A stretch of DNA of 64,000 bases from Malacoraja senta (Eukaryota). The position numbers were made by a program, and so were the translations under genes. The notes below the pieces were generated by a model. It was given only the letters and a program-made list of their open reading frames with translations. It was not told where the DNA came from and did not search any database. Below are positions 59,798 to 64,000 of this stretch, piece by piece (positions within the stretch are counted from its first letter, which is position 1; each line of letters opens with the position of its first letter). Location: the NCBI GenBank assembly GCA_038087875.1, contig CM075987.1, forward strand, positions 17,796,001-17,860,000, read 5' to 3'.

Positions 59798-61550
59798 TAG
59801 AGGTCAATGCAGATGGATTGTGAGTAAGTTTGCTGACGACACCAAATTTGGAGGAGTTGCAGACAACAAGCAAGGCTGTCAGAAGATGTAATGGGATATA
59901 GATCAGAAATGGGCGGCGAAATGGCAGATGAGGTTTAACCTGAGCATGTGTGAGGTGTTGCACTTTGAGAGGTTGAATGTAAGGAAAGTATACAGTTAAT
60001 GTCGAGATCCTTAAACAGCATTAATGTGCAGAGGGATCTTGGAGTCCAAGGTCATAGCTCACTGAAGGAGGCAGCACAAGTAGATAGGGTGGTAAAGAAC
60101 ACATACAGTATGTTTGCCTTCATTGCTAGGGGTATTGAATATAAGAGTCAGGAAGTCAGGCAGTTGGACATTTGGAGTATTGCCTGTAGTTCTGGTCACC
60201 CCGTTACAGAAAAGATGTGGGGCTTTGGAGAGAGAGCAGAGGAGGTTTACCAGAATACTGCCTGGATTAGAGAGTTTCAGCTACAGGGAGAGGTTGGATA
60301 TACTTGGATTCACAAGTTATAGGAAGAGTATTATGCCATTCGGCCCATCGAATCTACCCAATTCAATCATGGCTGATCTCTGCCTCCTAATCCCATTTTC
60401 CTGCCTTCTCTCCGTAATCCTTGTCACCCGTTCTAATCAAAAATGTGTCCATCTCTGCCTTGTAAATATCCACTGTCTTGGCCTCCACAGCCCTCTGTGG
60501 CAATGAGTTCCACAGATTAATTACCCTCTGACTAAAGAAGTTCCTCCTCACCTTTCTAAAAGAGCCCCCTTAAATTCAGAGCTATTACTGGTCCTAGACT
60601 CTCCCACAGTGGAAACATCCTATCCACATCCACTCTATCTATGCCTTTTATTATTCTGTACTTTATTCTGTAAGTTTCAATGAGGTCCCCCCTCAACCTT
60701 CAAAACTCCAGCGTGTACAGGCCCAGTGCTGTCAAATGCTCATCATATGCTAACCCACTCATTCCTGGGATCATTCTTGTAAACCTCCTCTGGACCCTCT
60801 CCAGAGCCAGCACATCCTTCCTCAGATATGGGGCCAAATTTGCTCACAGTACTCCAAATACGGCCTGACCTGCGCCTTATAGAGTCTCAGCATTACATCT
60901 CTGTTTTTGTATTCCAGACCTCTTGATATAAATGCTAGCATTGAATTTGCCTTACTTACTACAGATTTGACTTGCAAATTAATATTTTTGGAATTCTGCA
61001 CCAGCACTCCCAAGTCCCTTTGCACCTCCGTTTTCTGGATTCTCTCTCCATTTAGAAAATAGTCTATGCCTTTATTCTGATTACCAAAATGCATGACTAC
61101 GCACTTTGCTACACTGAATCGTATTGCCAGGGTTGCTGGTGGAGGCAGATACGATAGTGATGTTTAAGAAGCTTTTAAATAGGCACATGGATTTGCAGGA
61201 AATGGAGGGTTATGGAGGCCGATGAAATCAGTGTAGCTAGGTTCCATGTTTGGCACAAACATTGTGGGCTGAAAGGGCCCGTTCCTGTGGTGTACTGTTC
61301 TATGTTCCTATAAACCACAAACAGCACGGATCTCTGGGGCACACCACTAGTCACAGGCCTCCGGTCCATAAAACAACCTTCCACCACCTCTGCTTCCTTC
61401 CATGAAGCCAATTCCCTGTCCAGTCAGCTGTCTGTCCCTGGATCCATGCGATCTAACCTTCTGGAGCAGCCACCATGTGGAAACTTATCAAAGGTTTGCT
61501 GAAGTCCATACAGACAAAGTCTACAGCTTTGCCCGCAACCTCTTTGGTTA
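59798..61550. mobile_element. Old CR1 fragments, both orientations
   Basis: [25 protein letters not shown] (+); HFGNQN...VQRDLGVLV...LEYCEQIW (-). Confidence 0.8.
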
Positions 61551-61722
61551 CGTCTGCAAAAGCAATTTTAATAAGAAATTGGTTGAAACTCTCTGCTCTG
61601 CTAATTGTTTTATGATTTATAATCAGATTTGAATTTTAATGTTGTGTAATTTCCTCTGCCATTTCCTCAAAAGGGAAGTAGACTATTTCTACCTCTAACT
61701 GAGTGATGTCACTAAAGGCACC

Positions 61723-62306
61723 TCACCAAGAATGAATGTTTGTGTTATACGTCTTAATCAGATCTCCCCTCACTACATCCCAGTCAATGTTCCAGGCTTC
61801 ATTGATCTCTGCAGGTTTTGCTTTGTATTTTTCAGCAAACTGCTTATTGAAAGTGTAGAAAACCTTCTTCCAATAGGATGCTGCCTGTGTGGCAATTTCC
61901 CGCTGGATGATCCAGGATTTGTAGTAATCATTGACAGTTTGGTAATCCTCGAAGGGTTTCCATTCCCCATTTGTGTCGATATTTTTAAAACTTGCATTAC
62001 CTGCGACTAAAGCTGTGCAGACGTCAGTTACAAGACATTCACTGTCTCCCCATTTATAGCCATTGAGTCCTTCAAGTCTGTGCTGCTTACAAGAGTGCTG
62101 TGAATGTACCGGGGTCTCTGAATCACAGCAAACCTTACAGAAAGGACATTTCTTAGTACAATTGAATAACCATTTGAACAACTCATCCCTGGGTCTAATG
62201 GATAATTCTTCAATCTTTGCTTGGATATCCCAGCCTGTTGCCTCACTGAGGAGTCTCTGCTCCACCTCTTCAATAGATGGCAGAACTGCTTTTGCCCATT
62301 TCGTGC
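61723..62306 (-). pseudogene. GVIN1: C-terminal coding segment of an interferon-inducible very large GTPase (GVIN1/VLIG, URGCP-related), interrupted by CR1
   Basis: CTKKCPFCKVCC...H...HRLEGL...LVTDVCTALV...F...GEWKPFEDYQ...W.I...ASYWKKVF...FAEKYKAKPAEI resembles the GVIN1 C-terminal motif series. The frame is open from stop 61723 up to the CR1 junction. Confidence 0.8.
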
Positions 62307-64000
62307 CATATAGGTACCAATGACATAGGTAGAAAAAGAGAAGAGGTCTTGAAAGGAGAATTTAGGGAGTTGGGAGGAGAGTTAAGGAGAAGGACTACAA
62401 AGGTAACAATCTCAGGATTACTACCTGTGCCACGCGACGGTGAGAGTAGGAATGGAGTGAGGTGGAGGATAAATGCGTGGCTGAGGAACTGGTGCAGCGG
62501 GCAGGGATTCAAATTTCTGGATCATTGGGACCTCTTTTGGGGAAGGTGTGACCTGTACAGAAAGGACGGGTTGCACTTGAACCTGAGGGGGACCAATATC
62601 CTGGCGGGGAGATTTGCAAAGGCTACTGGGGAGACTTTAAACTAGAACGGTTGGGGGGAGGGACTCAAATAGAGAAAGCTAGTGGAAAATGTGGGAGGCA
62701 GGAGGCAGAGAAGGGAAGCACTCGGACCCAAAATGTAGGGGAGAAAGAAGAAAAAGATAATAAACAGAGAATAAGTGGTGGTGGGTTTCTTAAATGTGTA
62801 TATTTTAATGCTAGGAGCATTGTAAGAAAGGTGGATGAGCTTAGAGCCTGGTTTGACACCTGGAAGTATGATGTTGTGGCGATCAGTGAAACATGGTTGC
62901 AGGAGGGCTGTGATTGGCAAATAAATATTCCAGGATTTCGTTGCTTCAGGGGTGATAGAATTGGAGGGGCAAGAGGTGGGGGTGTTGCATTGCTTGTCAA
63001 GGAAGATATTACAGCAGTGCTTTGGCAGGATAGATTAGAGGGCTCGTCTAGGGAGGCTATTTGGGTGGAACTGAGAAATGGGAAAGGTGTAGCAACACTT
63101 ATAGGGGTGTATTATAGACTGCCAAATGGGGAGCGAGAATTGGAAGAGCAAATATGTAAGCAGATAGCAGATATTAGTAGTAAGCACAAGGTAGTGATTG
63201 TGGGAGATTTCAATTTTCCACACATAGACTGGGAAACACATTCTGTAAAAGGGCTGGATGGTTTGGAGTTTGTAAAATGTGTGCAAGATAGTTGTTTGCA
63301 GCAATACATAGAGGTACCTACTAGAGAAGGGGCAGTGCTGGACCTCCTGTTAGGAAATGAGACAGGGCAGGTGGCGGAGGTATGCGTCGGGGAGCACTTC
63401 GGGTCCAGTGATCACAATACCATTAGCTTCAATATAATTATGGAGAGGGTCAGAACTGGACCTAGGGTTGAGATTTTTGTTTGGAGAAAGGCTAACTTGG
63501 AGGAGATGCAAAAGGATTTAAAAGGAGTGAATTGGGACATGTTGTTTTATGGGAAGGATGTAGAAGAAAAATGGAGGACATTTAAGGGTGAAATTTTAAG
63601 AGTACAGAATCTTTATGTCCCTGTTCGGTTGAAAGGAAATAGTAAAAAATGGAAAGAGCCATGGTTTTCAAGGGAAATTGGACACTTGGTTCGGTAAAAG
63701 AGAGAGATCTACAATAAATATAGGCAGCATGGAGTAAATGAGGTGCTTGAGGAGTATAAAGAATGTAAAAAGAATATTAAGAAAGAAATTAGAAAAGCTA
63801 AAAGAAGATATGAGGTTGCTTTGGCAAGTAAGGTGAAAGTAAATCCAAAGGGTTTCTACAGCTATATTAATAGCAAAAGGATAACAAGGAATAAAATTGG
63901 TCCATTAGAGAGTCAGAGTGGACAGCTATCTGCAGAGCCAAAAGAGATGGGGGAGATATTGAACAATTTCTTTTCTTCGGTATTCACCAAGGAGAAGGAT
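62307..64000 (+). mobile_element. CR1 LINE: ORF1 esterase 3' half and ORF2 endonuclease region (runs off the window)
   Basis: HIGTNDI...DGLHLN; FNARSIVRK, ISETWL, VGDFNFPHIDW, SSDHN; premature stop at 63695-63697. Confidence 0.93.

Overview
Eukaryotic, repeat-saturated window, most likely from a cartilaginous fish (skate/ray). That assignment is inferred from the CR1-dominated repeat content and an elasmobranch-type SINE/LINE tail; it was not database-checked. Bases 1-13568 are a ~45-bp C/A-rich satellite with higher-order structure, followed by a 200-N gap. About 48 kb of nested, mostly decayed retroelements follow. These include three DIRS1-type tyrosine-recombinase retrotransposons with readable ITR/ICR termini, a Ty3/Gypsy element, an L1-clade LINE, many CR1 LINEs (one nearly intact and apparently chimeric), an env-less class I-like endogenous retrovirus, four Penelope-like remnants (two with hammerhead-ribozyme motifs), and unclassified GC-rich non-autonomous retroposons. 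The only host-gene remnant is the 3' end of a GVIN1/VLIG-like very large GTPase, cut by a CR1 insertion. I found no convincing wholly new biological system. The most informative signals are mechanistic: the DIRS ICR/terminus covariation and AAT crossover core with an in-window empty site, the Penelope hammerhead palindrome with 15-16 bp TSDs, snap-back hairpins at retroposon 5' junctions, and splice-like cassettes in a DIRS leader. All calls were made by eye from the sequence and translations; many boundaries are approximate.
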